Under the pieces are notes generated by a model that saw only the letters and a program-made list of their open reading frames with translations, was not told the DNA's origin and searched no databases. The position numbers were made by a program, and so were the translations under genes. From a virus (Duplodnaviria > Caudoviricetes): a stretch of DNA of 64,000 nt. Below, in pieces: positions 1-10,160 of the stretch (positions are counted from its first letter, which is position 1; the number at the start of each line of letters is the position of its first letter). The DNA is taken from the IMG/VR virus record IMGVR_UViG_3300028864_000017; one strand, given 5' to 3'.

Positions 1-1
1 T

Positions 2-307
2 CCAATTCATGATTTATTAAAAAACTTTACGATAAAAACAGATTTAAATACTGCTAGAAAAAGATCAAATTATTTAAATAGAAAGAAAAATTTTATCGAA
101 TTTATTAGAACGAATTGTCCAAATCTAAGTTATGGTTATGATGAATATGAAAGATATGAAACTTGTAAAATAAAAAAAGGATATTGTAATTCTTGTAATA
201 TATCAGAAGATTGTATTTGTCATATTAGTTCTGATGCTGTTAATAAAAATTCAGATGTAATTAAATATATTAGGGATAAAAAATTAAAAAAAATTAAAAA
301 TATTTGA
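2..307 (+). CDS. Partial Cys-rich hypothetical protein with C-terminal RxxKLxxI tag
   Basis: Open frame 2 from the window edge to TGA at 305-307, ending IRDKKLKKIKNI; not in the ORF track. Confidence 0.7.
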   Translation, partial: PIHDLLKNFTIKTDLNTARKRSNYLNRKKNFIEFIRTNCPNLSYGYDEYERYETCKIKKGYCNSCNISEDCICHISSDAVNKNSDVIKYIRDKKLKKIKNI

Positions 308-597
308 TGCCAAAAAATCTTGAATTATATCAAAAAATCTTAGATGCTTCAAATATGATTCACAATAAATCATTGAAAGGAAGCGGAAATTATATCATAT
401 TGAATTCGAAATGTTCAGAAATATTAGAAAAATACGAAGAACAACGAAAGAAAAAGGAAGATAGAAAGAAAAAATTGAAACAGATAGAAAAATTATCAAC
501 TAATACAGATGATGAAATTAATAATATCCTATATTTTAGAAAGAATGAATCAGAAAAATATAGGCAAAAAATAGAATTTAAACATAAAAAACATTAA
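304..597 (+). CDS. Hypothetical protein
   Basis: ORF overlaps the upstream stop; internal RKKKLKQI. Confidence 0.6.
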   Translation: MMPKNLELYQKILDASNMIHNKSLKGSGNYIILNSKCSEILEKYEEQRKKKEDRKKKLKQIEKLSTNTDDEINNILYFRKNESEKYRQKIEFKHKKH

Positions 598-646
598 ATT
601 AATAAAAATATAATGAACTACATATTATTGTAGTTCATTTTTTTAT

Positions 647-654
647 TATCTTTG
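647..654 (+). promoter_or_regulatory. Bacteroidota sigma70 -7 element (TATCTTTG)
   Basis: TAnnTTTG just after a terminator-like hairpin, 30 nt before ORF 684. Confidence 0.65.
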
Positions 655-683
655 TACATTAATTATAAAAAAACAAATAGGGC

Positions 684-1010
684 ATGAAATCAGAATATGG
701 ATATAGCTTAGAAAATTCTTGGATAAACGAGAATAACATTGAAAATTATAAAGCATTTAACAAATTAATGGAAACATTTGAATTTGTAGGTGTTTTTTCA
801 GATAAATTGATAATAAAAGTATTTAATCTAGCTTTTAGAATGACTGAAATTAAAAATTATTTGATAGATAATAAAATTTCTAAAATAGAAGCAGACGTCA
901 AATATAAAGAAGTTACAAATGAATTCGTAGATTTATTGAATGTTTATTGTATTTTCTCAAGTATTTTTAAAAGCAATTGTACAATGTTATTTATAAGTAT
1001 AGGATTATGA
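684..1010 (+). CDS. Hypothetical protein
   Basis: ORF follows the promoter. Confidence 0.6.
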   Translation: MKSEYGYSLENSWINENNIENYKAFNKLMETFEFVGVFSDKLIIKVFNLAFRMTEIKNYLIDNKISKIEADVKYKEVTNEFVDLLNVYCIFSSIFKSNCTMLFISIGL

Positions 1011-1210
1011 AAATATTAATGGCTATAATTTTCTTTATCGCTTTTTGCGGAACAGTATTCTTTTTTGGTAAATTAATGGTTTGGATGACATCTAAAATAA
1101 ATCCAAGTTCATTTGAAAATAAAATGACAAATTCTCAAATATTGAGTTATAATATAATTATGACAGTATCAATTTTTTTGTGGACAATTCTCTATTATTT
1201 AAGCTTATAA
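1007..1210 (+). CDS. Small 2-TM membrane protein
   Basis: Start MKILMAIIFF overlaps the upstream stop (ATGA); two hydrophobic segments. Confidence 0.65.
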   Translation: MKILMAIIFFIAFCGTVFFFGKLMVWMTSKINPSSFENKMTNSQILSYNIIMTVSIFLWTILYYLSL

Positions 1211-1222
1211 AAAATAAAAATT

Positions 1223-1660
1223 ATGAAACCAGTAAGAGTTTTTTTTAAATCAGTGAGTAAATATTTTGAAACCTGTTCATTATGGGTTATTTTTGGTGTG
1301 ACATACATATCAGCATTAGTTATTTTTCTATTGATGTTTCGTCTTTTTATTGGTAATAACGATGTTATTATTCTTAATGTTTTTATAAAACTTTCATTCT
1401 TTTTATCTTTTATATTTTCTTGCTTATCAACATTAACAGTTAGTAGTTCAAGAAAAAGTGATGTTTTTTGGAAATATCATAATGAAGTTGAAACTTTGAT
1501 AAATGATTCTGATACAGTTGATTCTTTACACGATATATTTGATAACGAAATACAAAAATTATGGAAAATGTCAATTGGTGGAATACATAATTTAGAAGCA
1601 AATAGATTGGTTTCATTAATTAATATAAAAATAAAAACAATTGAGAAAATAAAGCCATGA
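1223..1660 (+). CDS. Membrane protein
   Basis: Two hydrophobic segments followed by a helical C-terminus. Confidence 0.65.
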   Translation: MKPVRVFFKSVSKYFETCSLWVIFGVTYISALVIFLLMFRLFIGNNDVIILNVFIKLSFFLSFIFSCLSTLTVSSSRKSDVFWKYHNEVETLINDSDTVDSLHDIFDNEIQKLWKMSIGGIHNLEANRLVSLINIKIKTIEKIKP

Positions 1661-1896
1661 AAAATACAACAGTAGAGAGTTATTTATTATCTATTGAGGC
1701 ATTAGGAGAAAATATTATAAAAAAAATAAAAATTTCTGCATATACAGATGATGTAGCATGTTATAATGTAACTTATTTTGATGTTGAATTAGCAAAAAAT
1801 AGAAAAAAATTAATCACTATTAAATTATCTGAATATCATTTATTTATAAATAAATTGATTCGTAAACAAAAACTTCAAAAACTATCTGAATATTAA
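1657..1896 (+). CDS. Hypothetical protein with RxxKL tag
   Basis: Ends IRKQKLQKLSEY. Confidence 0.65.
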   Translation: MKNTTVESYLLSIEALGENIIKKIKISAYTDDVACYNVTYFDVELAKNRKKLITIKLSEYHLFINKLIRKQKLQKLSEY

Positions 1897-1916
1897 TAAT
1901 ATTTAATAAATAAAAA

Positions 1917-2786
1917 ATGGAAAAAACTTTAGATATTACTGAGAAAAAGAGTGCTGCTTTTTTGTCTGTTATTGCATCAGGAGCATTGACTATATTTAAG
2001 CTAATTGTTGGTTTATTAACAGGTAGTTTAGGAATATTGTCGGAAGCATTACACTCAACTTTGGATATGATAGCTGCTATTATAACATATTTTTCTGTTA
2101 GAATTTCAGATAAGCCTGCAGATAATGAACATAATTATGGACATGGTAAAGTAGAAAATTTGTCAGCATTTGCAGAGGCCATATTATTAGCAATTACAAG
2201 TATTTGGATAATTTATGAATCAATAACAAAGTTAATTTTAAATGATTTTAATGTTGAAGTGACTATATGGAGTTATGTGGTTATTATATCATCTATTGTA
2301 ATTGACATAAATAGATCAAGAATGCTTAAAAAAGTTGCATTAAAATATAATAGTCAAGCATTAGAAGCTGATTCTATTCATTTTAAAACCGATATATGGA
2401 GTTCATGTGTTGTTTTAGTAGGGTTGATTCTTGTTAATTTTAATATACATTGGGCAGATTCAATTGCAGCATTAGGTGTTGCCTTTATCATAATTTTAGT
2501 TTCTTATAGATTAGCTAAAAACGCAATTGATGTTCTGTTAGATAAAGCGCCAGAAGGTGTAAGAGATATTATAATAGAAATATTAAATAATCATGAAGAA
2601 GTTAAAATATACCATGATTTAAAAACCAGAAGTTCAGGAGCAGATACTTTCATTAAATTTGACTTGCATTTGAATCCAGAACTAAGTTTATTAGAAGCTC
2701 ATTCTGTTTGTGACAAAATTGAAATTGAGATTAAAGAAAAAATAAAAAGAAGTGAAATTTATATTCACATAGAACCAAACGAATAA
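1917..2786 (+). CDS. Cation diffusion facilitator (FieF/CzcD-like) transporter
   Basis: EALHSTLD, HNYGHGKVENLS, ADSIHFKTD, C-terminal IYIHIEP dimerisation domain. Confidence 0.92.
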   Translation: MEKTLDITEKKSAAFLSVIASGALTIFKLIVGLLTGSLGILSEALHSTLDMIAAIITYFSVRISDKPADNEHNYGHGKVENLSAFAEAILLAITSIWIIYESITKLILNDFNVEVTIWSYVVIISSIVIDINRSRMLKKVALKYNSQALEADSIHFKTDIWSSCVVLVGLILVNFNIHWADSIAALGVAFIIILVSYRLAKNAIDVLLDKAPEGVRDIIIEILNNHEEVKIYHDLKTRSSGADTFIKFDLHLNPELSLLEAHSVCDKIEIEIKEKIKRSEIYIHIEPNE

Positions 2787-2790
2787 ATAA

Positions 2791-2997
2791 ATGATAAAAT
2801 TTGATTTAACTGAAAAAGAAGAACAATCTGCAAATAAGTGGATTGAAAAACAAGAAAAAAAGAAAAAATCTCCTAAAACAGCAATAGGTGGTAGATTTAG
2901 TTACAAATTTACTCCAACAGGAATAGCAACAGCAGTGACTATAATTGATAATTATTTGAAAAAAGAAGAAAATATAACTGATTATGACTGTTGGTAA
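2791..2997 (+). CDS. Conserved phage hypothetical protein
   Basis: AIGGRFSYKFTPTGIAT-type small phage protein. Confidence 0.6.
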   Translation: MIKFDLTEKEEQSANKWIEKQEKKKKSPKTAIGGRFSYKFTPTGIATAVTIIDNYLKKEENITDYDCW

Positions 2998-3511
2998 AAA
3001 TAAAAAAATGACAAAGGAAGAATTCATTGAACTAAATAATAGCATAAAAAATTCAATAATTGAAAAATATGGCGATATGGCTTACTATGTGATAAATGAT
3101 ATTTTTAATGTTGGATTTATGGAAGATATCTGTATAGAACTCGGATATACAGTAACACGTTGTAATCTTGATTTTACTATTTATTCTAAACTATTTGATG
3201 AGAATGGTAAAGAGATTGGAGTCATTAGTAATCAAGGAACACCTAGTATTGAGATTTATAAAAGACTAAAAAAACATGCTATTAAAATATCAAAAAATGA
3301 AAATGTAATTTCACCTATAGAAGGAATTCATAGAATTTTAGATTGGCATACAGTTGAAGGTAAATTACACAAATTAGCAGGTGGTGAAATAATTTTACAT
3401 TTTAAGCCATTAGAAATTACTGATGAAGAAATTAAAGAATTTGATAATAGAACAAAAATGCTTGATTTATTAAAAACGATGGTGACAAAAAATGATAATG
3501 TTGTGAATTAA
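2984..3511 (+). CDS. Hypothetical protein
   Basis: 175-aa ORF within the operon. Confidence 0.6.
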   Translation: MTVGKNKKMTKEEFIELNNSIKNSIIEKYGDMAYYVINDIFNVGFMEDICIELGYTVTRCNLDFTIYSKLFDENGKEIGVISNQGTPSIEIYKRLKKHAIKISKNENVISPIEGIHRILDWHTVEGKLHKLAGGEIILHFKPLEITDEEIKEFDNRTKMLDLLKTMVTKNDNVVN

Positions 3512-3582
3512 TTTTCACAACATTTTTTTATATGAAAAACGGAAAATGTTTTTTAATATATACATAAAAATAACAAATTAAT

Positions 3583-4323
3583 ATGTTACCAAGAGATACT
3601 ACTATTAGACAATTAAAAAAGTTAAGAAAGGAAACAAAAGGAAAAGACATTGGAGATTTAACAACTAATGATAGATTGAATAAAGGTATTCCAAATTTAC
3701 AATATATAGGAAATCCTGTTGATAACCATATAAGTAGCTGGGAAGAATTTGCTGCAAAGGATAGTAAACTACAAACAATAGCATTCAAATCTAAATTAGT
3801 AAATAAATCAGTGAAAGAAAATAAATATAGTAATATGAAAGATATAAAAAATGTATTAAAATTTAAAGATTTTGATGAAAACGTTGAAAAAACAGCCCAT
3901 CATGTAACAGAAGGACCAGAAAAAGGTAATAATAAAATTGTAAACTCAGAAACACCAAATGCTGAACCAGATACTAAAAAATCAAAGTCTAATATTGATA
4001 CAATAAAGGAAGCTAATGAAATGCCAAAATATACAATGTTAGGTCAAGAAAAAGATAACAAATCAAATCCTCTTTTTGGTATTGGAGCAGTTAAAGCACA
4101 AGAAATAAAGAAAATAACTGATTTTAATGTTATTGATCCACAAACACCAAAAGAAAGACCAATATTAAATGCTGGAGTATTTATTGATAATGATATAGTT
4201 AAAGGATATGTTAATAGAATAGAAGGTAGAGATGTTTATGTTGAATCTGTTGATGAACCAATGGTAATAAAAAAGTTTAATATTAAAGATGCTGTTAAAA
4301 TAAAAAAAGATAAAAAAGAATAA
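3583..4323 (+). CDS. Hypothetical, probably late or virion protein
   Basis: AATATATACA motif upstream; terminator follows. Confidence 0.7.
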   Translation: MLPRDTTIRQLKKLRKETKGKDIGDLTTNDRLNKGIPNLQYIGNPVDNHISSWEEFAAKDSKLQTIAFKSKLVNKSVKENKYSNMKDIKNVLKFKDFDENVEKTAHHVTEGPEKGNNKIVNSETPNAEPDTKKSKSNIDTIKEANEMPKYTMLGQEKDNKSNPLFGIGAVKAQEIKKITDFNVIDPQTPKERPILNAGVFIDNDIVKGYVNRIEGRDVYVESVDEPMVIKKFNIKDAVKIKKDKKE

Positions 4324-4352
4324 AAAAAGCTACTCATTTGAGTAGCTTTTTG
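4322..4352. terminator. Bidirectional intrinsic terminator
   Basis: aaaaaaagctactc-attt-gagtagcttttt between convergent genes. Confidence 0.85.
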
Positions 4353-4353
4353 T

Positions 4354-5694
4354 TTATAATAATTCATTAGCTATATTTGCTAATTCAGATCTTTCACCTT
4401 TCTCTAATGTTACATGAGCATAAATTGCCTGATTTTTTATCTTTGCTATTAAATGTGATAATCCATTACTTTGTGCATCCAAATATGGAGTATCAATTTG
4501 ATTTATATCACCAGTAAAAATAATTTTAGTTCCTTCTCCTGCTCTTGTTATAATTGTTTTAATTTCATGTGGAGTTAAATTTTGAGCTTCATCAACAATG
4601 AAAAATACATTAGATATACTACGACCACGAATATAAGCTAATGGAGTAATAACTAATTTTTCATCTTTAACGCAATCTTGAATAAATTTATATTCTTTAT
4701 CACTATCTTTGAATTGACTTTGTATAAATTTTAGATTATCCCAAAGTGGAAGCATATATGGACTTATTTTCTCATCAACTGAGCCAGGAAGATAGCCTAA
4801 ATCCTTACCACTCAATGGTATAATTGGTCTAGCTAAAAATATTTGTTTAAAATTTCTCTTCTGACTAAGTGCTGCAGCTAATGCCAATAAAGTTTTTCCT
4901 GTTCCAGCAACTCCTTGTAACGATACTAGTTTGACATCAGGGTTTAGTAATGCATGTAATGCGAATACTTGCTCAGAATTTCTTGGTGTTATTTTATAAC
5001 AAGTTTCTTTATCAATTCTTTCAACCATTTTTTTTGATGCATTGTAATATGCTAATGCAGATGCTGCCGAAATAGTTGATTTAATAATAAGATATTTATT
5101 GTTTAGTAAATTTGTAATTCCAAGTTCTTGAGGAGTACAAACATTATCTTGATATAATTTAGTAATAATGTCATCATTATCTAATTCTATTGTTGATCTA
5201 CCTGTGAATAATTTATCAGTATCTTTAATTTTACCTGTTAAATAATCTTCTGAGTTAACATTTAAAGATTTTGCTTTTAATCTTAAATTTATATCTTTTG
5301 ATACAAGTATAATCTTTTTATCAGGATATTCCTCTACCAATGACAATGCGGTATTTAAAATTAAATGATCTGGTTTTGTTGATTTGAAAACTAAACAAGC
5401 ATCAGTTGTTCCAGTTGTTTCATTCATCACTACTTTTACTCTACCTTTTCCTTTGCCAATAGGAATCCACTCACTTAAATTACATTTTGATGCTAATTTG
5501 TCTGTTTTTCTAATAAATTCTCTTGCTTCATAATTAATTGTATCATTACCTTTTTTGAAATCATCTAATTCTTCGAATACTGTAATAGGAATTGCAACAT
5601 CATTTTCTTCAAAATTGTAAATTGCATTGTGATCGTAAAGTATTACACTTGTGTCAAGTACAAATATTTTATCACTTTTTTCTTTTTTAGCCAT
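4354..5694 (-). CDS. phoH: PIN-PhoH family ATPase (PhoH2/YlaK-like)
   Basis: N-terminal PIN FVLDTSVILYD; Walker A GVAGTGKT; YIRGRS; VDEAQNLT; FTGDINQID. Confidence 0.95.
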   Translation of the reverse strand: MAKKEKSDKIFVLDTSVILYDHNAIYNFEENDVAIPITVFEELDDFKKGNDTINYEAREFIRKTDKLASKCNLSEWIPIGKGKGRVKVVMNETTGTTDACLVFKSTKPDHLILNTALSLVEEYPDKKIILVSKDINLRLKAKSLNVNSEDYLTGKIKDTDKLFTGRSTIELDNDDIITKLYQDNVCTPQELGITNLLNNKYLIIKSTISAASALAYYNASKKMVERIDKETCYKITPRNSEQVFALHALLNPDVKLVSLQGVAGTGKTLLALAAALSQKRNFKQIFLARPIIPLSGKDLGYLPGSVDEKISPYMLPLWDNLKFIQSQFKDSDKEYKFIQDCVKDEKLVITPLAYIRGRSISNVFFIVDEAQNLTPHEIKTIITRAGEGTKIIFTGDINQIDTPYLDAQSNGLSHLIAKIKNQAIYAHVTLEKGERSELANIANELL

Positions 5695-5724
5695 TTATTT
5701 TAATTATTTTTTTGTTTGTTATTA

Positions 5725-6213
5725 TTAATTTTTATTATATATTTTATATGTATGGTCATAATCATTCTTTTCGTCTTTTGATTTAAATTCTTCTGATACA
5801 CAATACCATTTATCGTCAAGTTCTGGAAAAGTTGTATCTCCATCTATAATAGTAAGAACTACAGTCAAATATACAGTATCTGAAATATCTAAAAATTGTT
5901 TGTATATACTACCACCTCCTGTTATAAAAACTTCATCTCCATACATGTTAGCTGTTTCTAATGCATCTTCTATTGAATATACTGGAATAGTATCAGGTTC
6001 ATTAAAACTCTTGTCTAATGTCAATACTATATTTGTTCTATTTGGTAATGCTCCTTTTGGTAAAGAATAAAATGTTTTATCACCCATGATAATAGGTTTA
6101 TTAAGAGTCAATTCTTTGAATTTTTTAAGATCACTGCTTAATCTCCACAATAATTTATTATCTTTTCCTATCACCAAATTTTCTGATACTGCTACAATTA
6201 TATTTACTTTCAT
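5725..6213 (-). CDS. folA: Dihydrofolate reductase
   Basis: IVAVSENLVIGKDNKLLWRLSSDL, IIMGDKT, LPNRTNIVL, ITGGGSIY, GDTTFP. Confidence 0.95.
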   Translation of the reverse strand: MKVNIIVAVSENLVIGKDNKLLWRLSSDLKKFKELTLNKPIIMGDKTFYSLPKGALPNRTNIVLTLDKSFNEPDTIPVYSIEDALETANMYGDEVFITGGGSIYKQFLDISDTVYLTVVLTIIDGDTTFPELDDKWYCVSEEFKSKDEKNDYDHTYKIYNKN

Positions 6214-6394
6214 TCTTTATTGATTAATTTAAATTATTTATATTATTTTTCATGTAAAGTTTAATAAATAACTATTATCAAAAAAACAAAAATTCATTTT
6301 TTTTATTTAATATATATAATTGAATAAAAATAGACATATGAATTTTAATATATAATATACAAAATTAATATACAAAAAAAATAATATTGAAAAA

Positions 6395-6907
6395 ATGACA
6401 AAAAATATTTTAAGTTTAAATGATTTCAAAGGTAAGAAATCTACTACACAAGAATCTTCAGTAAATGAAATGGTAGACGCAATTGACGATTTCTATCGTG
6501 TTAGTGTCGATGTAGATCTACCAAAATCATTAGTTGGTTCATTTATTAAGAAAGTTAAAGAAAGTTCAGGAAAAGATTTAAGAGCTGAAATGGGTGAAAA
6601 AAGATTAGCTGAAAGATTAGTACAATGGGCTAATGAAAACTATTTGAATATTGAAAATCTTCCAGTTGAAATAGTAACAGGATCTGATAAAGGACCAGTT
6701 CAAGCACAGCCACAAGCACAAGGTGCTCAAGATGAATTTGGAGATGAATCACAAGTTCAACCAGCACAAGGAGCACAAGCACAAGCTCAAGTTCAGCCCG
6801 GAACAGCACAAGCTCAACCTGCAGGTAGTACTCAAGCTCAAGTTCAAGCAACTATTCAACCAAGTGCTCAATCTGCTGCTGCACAAGTTCCAGCACAAGA
6901 AATTTAA
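6395..6907 (+). CDS. Hypothetical protein with Gln/Ala-rich tail
   Basis: TATATA motif upstream; QAQ-rich C-terminus. Confidence 0.7.
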   Translation: MTKNILSLNDFKGKKSTTQESSVNEMVDAIDDFYRVSVDVDLPKSLVGSFIKKVKESSGKDLRAEMGEKRLAERLVQWANENYLNIENLPVEIVTGSDKGPVQAQPQAQGAQDEFGDESQVQPAQGAQAQAQVQPGTAQAQPAGSTQAQVQATIQPSAQSAAAQVPAQEI

Positions 6908-6919
6908 TTAGAATTTAAC

Positions 6920-6960
6920 AAAAAAAAAGATTATTACAATTAAGTAATAATCTTTTTTTT
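6920..6960. terminator. Bidirectional intrinsic terminator
   Basis: aaaaaaagattattac-aattaa-gtaataatctttttttt. Confidence 0.8.
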
Positions 6961-6977
6961 TATGTAATTTTTTTTAT

Positions 6978-7286
6978 TTAATCTAAATAATCTGGAGTTT
7001 TCAAAATAAGTCTATCAAATATATTTAAAAGTCTTTCATCTGATAAAAAAGATTCAGCTAATTCATTTTTGTCATCATTATGACTCATATATTTATATCC
7101 ATTATCAAGAATATAAATTATGATAGATTCTTGTTCCTCATCTGTTAAACTAAGAATAAAAATCTTAACTTCATCTTTCTGTTCAGATGTCATTTTCATA
7201 ATGTCAAAATTTTTGATTGAATCATAAAATTTTGAATTTTTGATTACATCAAATTCCTCAATTTGTTTAAATTTAATTTCTTCCAT
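6978..7286 (-). CDS. Hypothetical protein
   Basis: ORF. Confidence 0.6.
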   Translation of the reverse strand: MEEIKFKQIEEFDVIKNSKFYDSIKNFDIMKMTSEQKDEVKIFILSLTDEEQESIIIYILDNGYKYMSHNDDKNELAESFLSDERLLNIFDRLILKTPDYLD

Positions 7287-7303
7287 AATTTTTTTATATA
7301 TTT

Positions 7304-7543
7304 TTAAATTTTAAATATTTTAAATGTATAATCTCCATCATCTTGTACTGCAAACTCAGTTTCAACAGACCAATCATTAAATGGAAAATCAAATCCATCA
7401 TCAAAATAAACATAATTATCATCAATAGTATGAACTTTGGTGTTTTCTTTAATACTACCATCTTCATAGTGCTTATATTCAACATAAACTTCATCTCCTA
7501 CTTTAAGGAGTTTTAATTCTGATAATGTATACAATTTTTTCAT
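7304..7543 (-). CDS. Small KOW/SH3-like protein
   Basis: LKVGDEVYV; minus-strand TATCTTTG at 7563-7570. Confidence 0.6.
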   Translation of the reverse strand: MKKLYTLSELKLLKVGDEVYVEYKHYEDGSIKENTKVHTIDDNYVYFDDGFDFPFNDWSVETEFAVQDDGDYTFKIFKI

Positions 7544-7694
7544 ATTTCAATTATTTATAGTACAAAGATACAACATTATTAGTAATATACAATACAATAT
7601 AGACAAATAATATTCATTTAATTATAATTAACAATATTAGTTAAAAATTAAATGATATTTAAAATTTAATATATAATAAAAATTAATAAAAAAT

Positions 7695-8180
7695 ATGTCA
7701 ATAAAACGCTATAGTGATTTTGATACATCAAATGTACAAAATATTCCTACTGAATCTAAAATATCAATAGATAATTATTCTAAAGATGAAACTATTAAAG
7801 AAGAAGTGTTATTAACGCCTAAAGATAGCTCTGATTTGACAATTGAAATATTAGAAGAAAAAATAATTAAATTTAATAGCGGGCATATAACTGATATTCT
7901 TGAAACAATAAAAAATAAGTATTCTGATACTGATTACTTCATTAGAAAAAAAGATAATCAATTGCATATTGTTAAGTATAATGAAACATTAAAAATGAAT
8001 ATTAATGAATTTGTTAATAGCTTATTGAAATTCTACTCCACAAAACCTGAATTGAAAAAAATAACAGAAGGAATAAAAGTAAAAGGAAATGATAAATTTT
8101 CAATTGTTGAAAATATGCATCCAAAATATTCTGAAAAGTTTATCAATGATATAACATCTTTACTCTCAAAGAAAAATTAA
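7695..8180 (+). CDS. Hypothetical protein with capsid-targeting-like N-terminus
   Basis: MSIKRYSDF; TAATATAAT upstream. Confidence 0.65.
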   Translation: MSIKRYSDFDTSNVQNIPTESKISIDNYSKDETIKEEVLLTPKDSSDLTIEILEEKIIKFNSGHITDILETIKNKYSDTDYFIRKKDNQLHIVKYNETLKMNINEFVNSLLKFYSTKPELKKITEGIKVKGNDKFSIVENMHPKYSEKFINDITSLLSKKN

Positions 8181-8191
8181 ACAGTTAAATA

Positions 8192-8222
8192 GTTGTATAT
8201 TAGAAATATTTTTGTATCTTTG
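8192..8222 (+). promoter_or_regulatory. Bacteroidota sigma70 promoter
   Basis: TTG ... TATCTTTG (8215-8222) before the DHH gene. Confidence 0.7.
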
Positions 8223-8248
8223 TAATCTAATTATAAAGATATAAATTT

Positions 8249-10108
8249 ATGGCCGCACCAAAACTTCCAAAAGATATAAATTATTGGTTAAAAAAAGGCA
8301 AATCTGGAAAAGATGTATGCTTAATTACACACGATGACTTAGATGGAATAGTATCAGCAATTATAATGAAAAATTATTTAATTCATCAAGGTTTTACTAT
8401 TAAAAAGTATGGTATTATAAATTATCAAGAAGGAGTTGATGCATTTAAACTTGATAATAGTTTAATTAATATCACATTAGACTTTGCTAATGATGATGAG
8501 ACATTTGATTACTATGTTGATCATCATGGAATTTTTTCAGAGGAGGAAAAAATAAAAGCTCAAAAGAAAGGTAGTATAAAAACTAATACTGGCTCTGCTG
8601 CTGAAGGGTTAGCTATTCAATTAGGCATACCTTTTTCAAATGATACAAAAGATTGGATAGATATGATAGATTCAGCAAAGTATGATGAATATGATGTTGA
8701 TATAAAAGGAATATTAGATTTTGACTTAAATAATATTATCAATAGTCCTAATGCAAAATTAAATTTTGCAGCATCTTTCAATCAAATGCTTAAACGTTCT
8801 GATCACAAAACATTTATTGAAGTTATAAATGCTTCTAATGAGCCATCAATATATAATATATTCAGACTATTCAAAATATTCTATCCTAAAAATAATCCTA
8901 ATTTCAAAAATGGTGATGAGCCTGAATTTGTATCTGATGCATATTCTAGATTATCTCAAATGAAAACAAAAACTAGGGGAATTGGAGATAAATCACAAGG
9001 CTTCACAGAAGATGGTAAAAAAATAATATTTTCATCACAAGATGAATTTTGGAAAAAATTTGCGCAAAACATTCCATATATAAATTATGATGATGATGGT
9101 AATGCTATAAACTCAGATGAATTAAAATGGCAAGTTAAACCTGTGGTGTATCAAATAATTGGAAATTTAATGTATGTACCATCAGGAACTTGGGCTAATG
9201 CATTAAGAGCGAAATCTATTTTTTCACAAGATGTTGAATCAGGAATAATAAAAAATAATCCTAAACTAAACTTCGTTTTACTACAATATGGAAACACTCT
9301 TCAAATTGCAAATTTGACTACTAAAATGTCAGATATGTCAGAAGAAGATTTACCAAAAGACAAAAATGGATTATCAATTGACAATTTAGGATCATATATG
9401 AATGGTTTGTTAAAAAATTTCAATCAATATATGGATTATAATGATGAAAGAACTGTTGCAGGAGGACATCCTGGTATCGGATCAATATCTAATATATTCA
9501 AAAGCTGCAAAAAAGATAATTATAAAAATATAAAATTTTTAGATTTATTAAGAAATAAAATTATTAATGATATTTCAGGAGTTAAATGGGGTATTACAAT
9601 GGCTTGGAATGAATCAGACGAAAAAGGAAAAGTATTTGCTCCTGATGAAGTTAATAAGAAACTAATTGACATTGAAAATATCAGTAGTGAAAATGATATT
9701 AAAACTGAGAATGATGAACTTGAAATATTAAATTATATTGTTATTAACAATATTAAAGATAAAATATTATTTTTTAAAAATGAAACAATTAGAAAAATTT
9801 ACGATATTTGGTTGAGTACAGATTTCTATGAAGTTAAATCTAAAAAAGTAAAGCCAGATGATTTAGAAAAAATATACTTCAAAAAAAATAAAGAAATAGA
9901 AAATAGTATATTATTTAAAGAAATTTACACCAGATTTGAATTAAATGATATTTATAGTGATACTCTAATAGATGCAAGAAAGACACAAAGGAAAGAGCTT
10001 AAAAGGGTATTCAAATACATATTCAATATAATGAATAGTTTTTATATTAAGAATGACATAAAGAAAAAATATGATAATATTATAAAAACAAAAAAGACAC
10101 TTATTTAA
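8249..10108 (+). CDS. DHH-family phosphoesterase
   Basis: THDDLDG, LDF, VDHH and DHHA1-type GGHPGIG motifs. Confidence 0.8.
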   Translation: MAAPKLPKDINYWLKKGKSGKDVCLITHDDLDGIVSAIIMKNYLIHQGFTIKKYGIINYQEGVDAFKLDNSLINITLDFANDDETFDYYVDHHGIFSEEEKIKAQKKGSIKTNTGSAAEGLAIQLGIPFSNDTKDWIDMIDSAKYDEYDVDIKGILDFDLNNIINSPNAKLNFAASFNQMLKRSDHKTFIEVINASNEPSIYNIFRLFKIFYPKNNPNFKNGDEPEFVSDAYSRLSQMKTKTRGIGDKSQGFTEDGKKIIFSSQDEFWKKFAQNIPYINYDDDGNAINSDELKWQVKPVVYQIIGNLMYVPSGTWANALRAKSIFSQDVESGIIKNNPKLNFVLLQYGNTLQIANLTTKMSDMSEEDLPKDKNGLSIDNLGSYMNGLLKNFNQYMDYNDERTVAGGHPGIGSISNIFKSCKKDNYKNIKFLDLLRNKIINDISGVKWGITMAWNESDEKGKVFAPDEVNKKLIDIENISSENDIKTENDELEILNYIVINNIKDKILFFKNETIRKIYDIWLSTDFYEVKSKKVKPDDLEKIYFKKNKEIENSILFKEIYTRFELNDIYSDTLIDARKTQRKELKRVFKYIFNIMNSFYIKNDIKKKYDNIIKTKKTLI

Positions 10109-10120
10109 GTGTCTTTTTTT
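10090..10120 (+). terminator. Intrinsic terminator
   Basis: aaaaagacactt-attt-aagtgtcttttttt. Confidence 0.8.
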
Positions 10121-10160
10121 ATTATTTTTTTTATATATAATAAAAAATAAAAATAATATA

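Noticed and set aside
6630-6911. Overlapping 73-aa and 62-aa ORFs
   Set aside because: Alternative frames of the QAQ repeat tail
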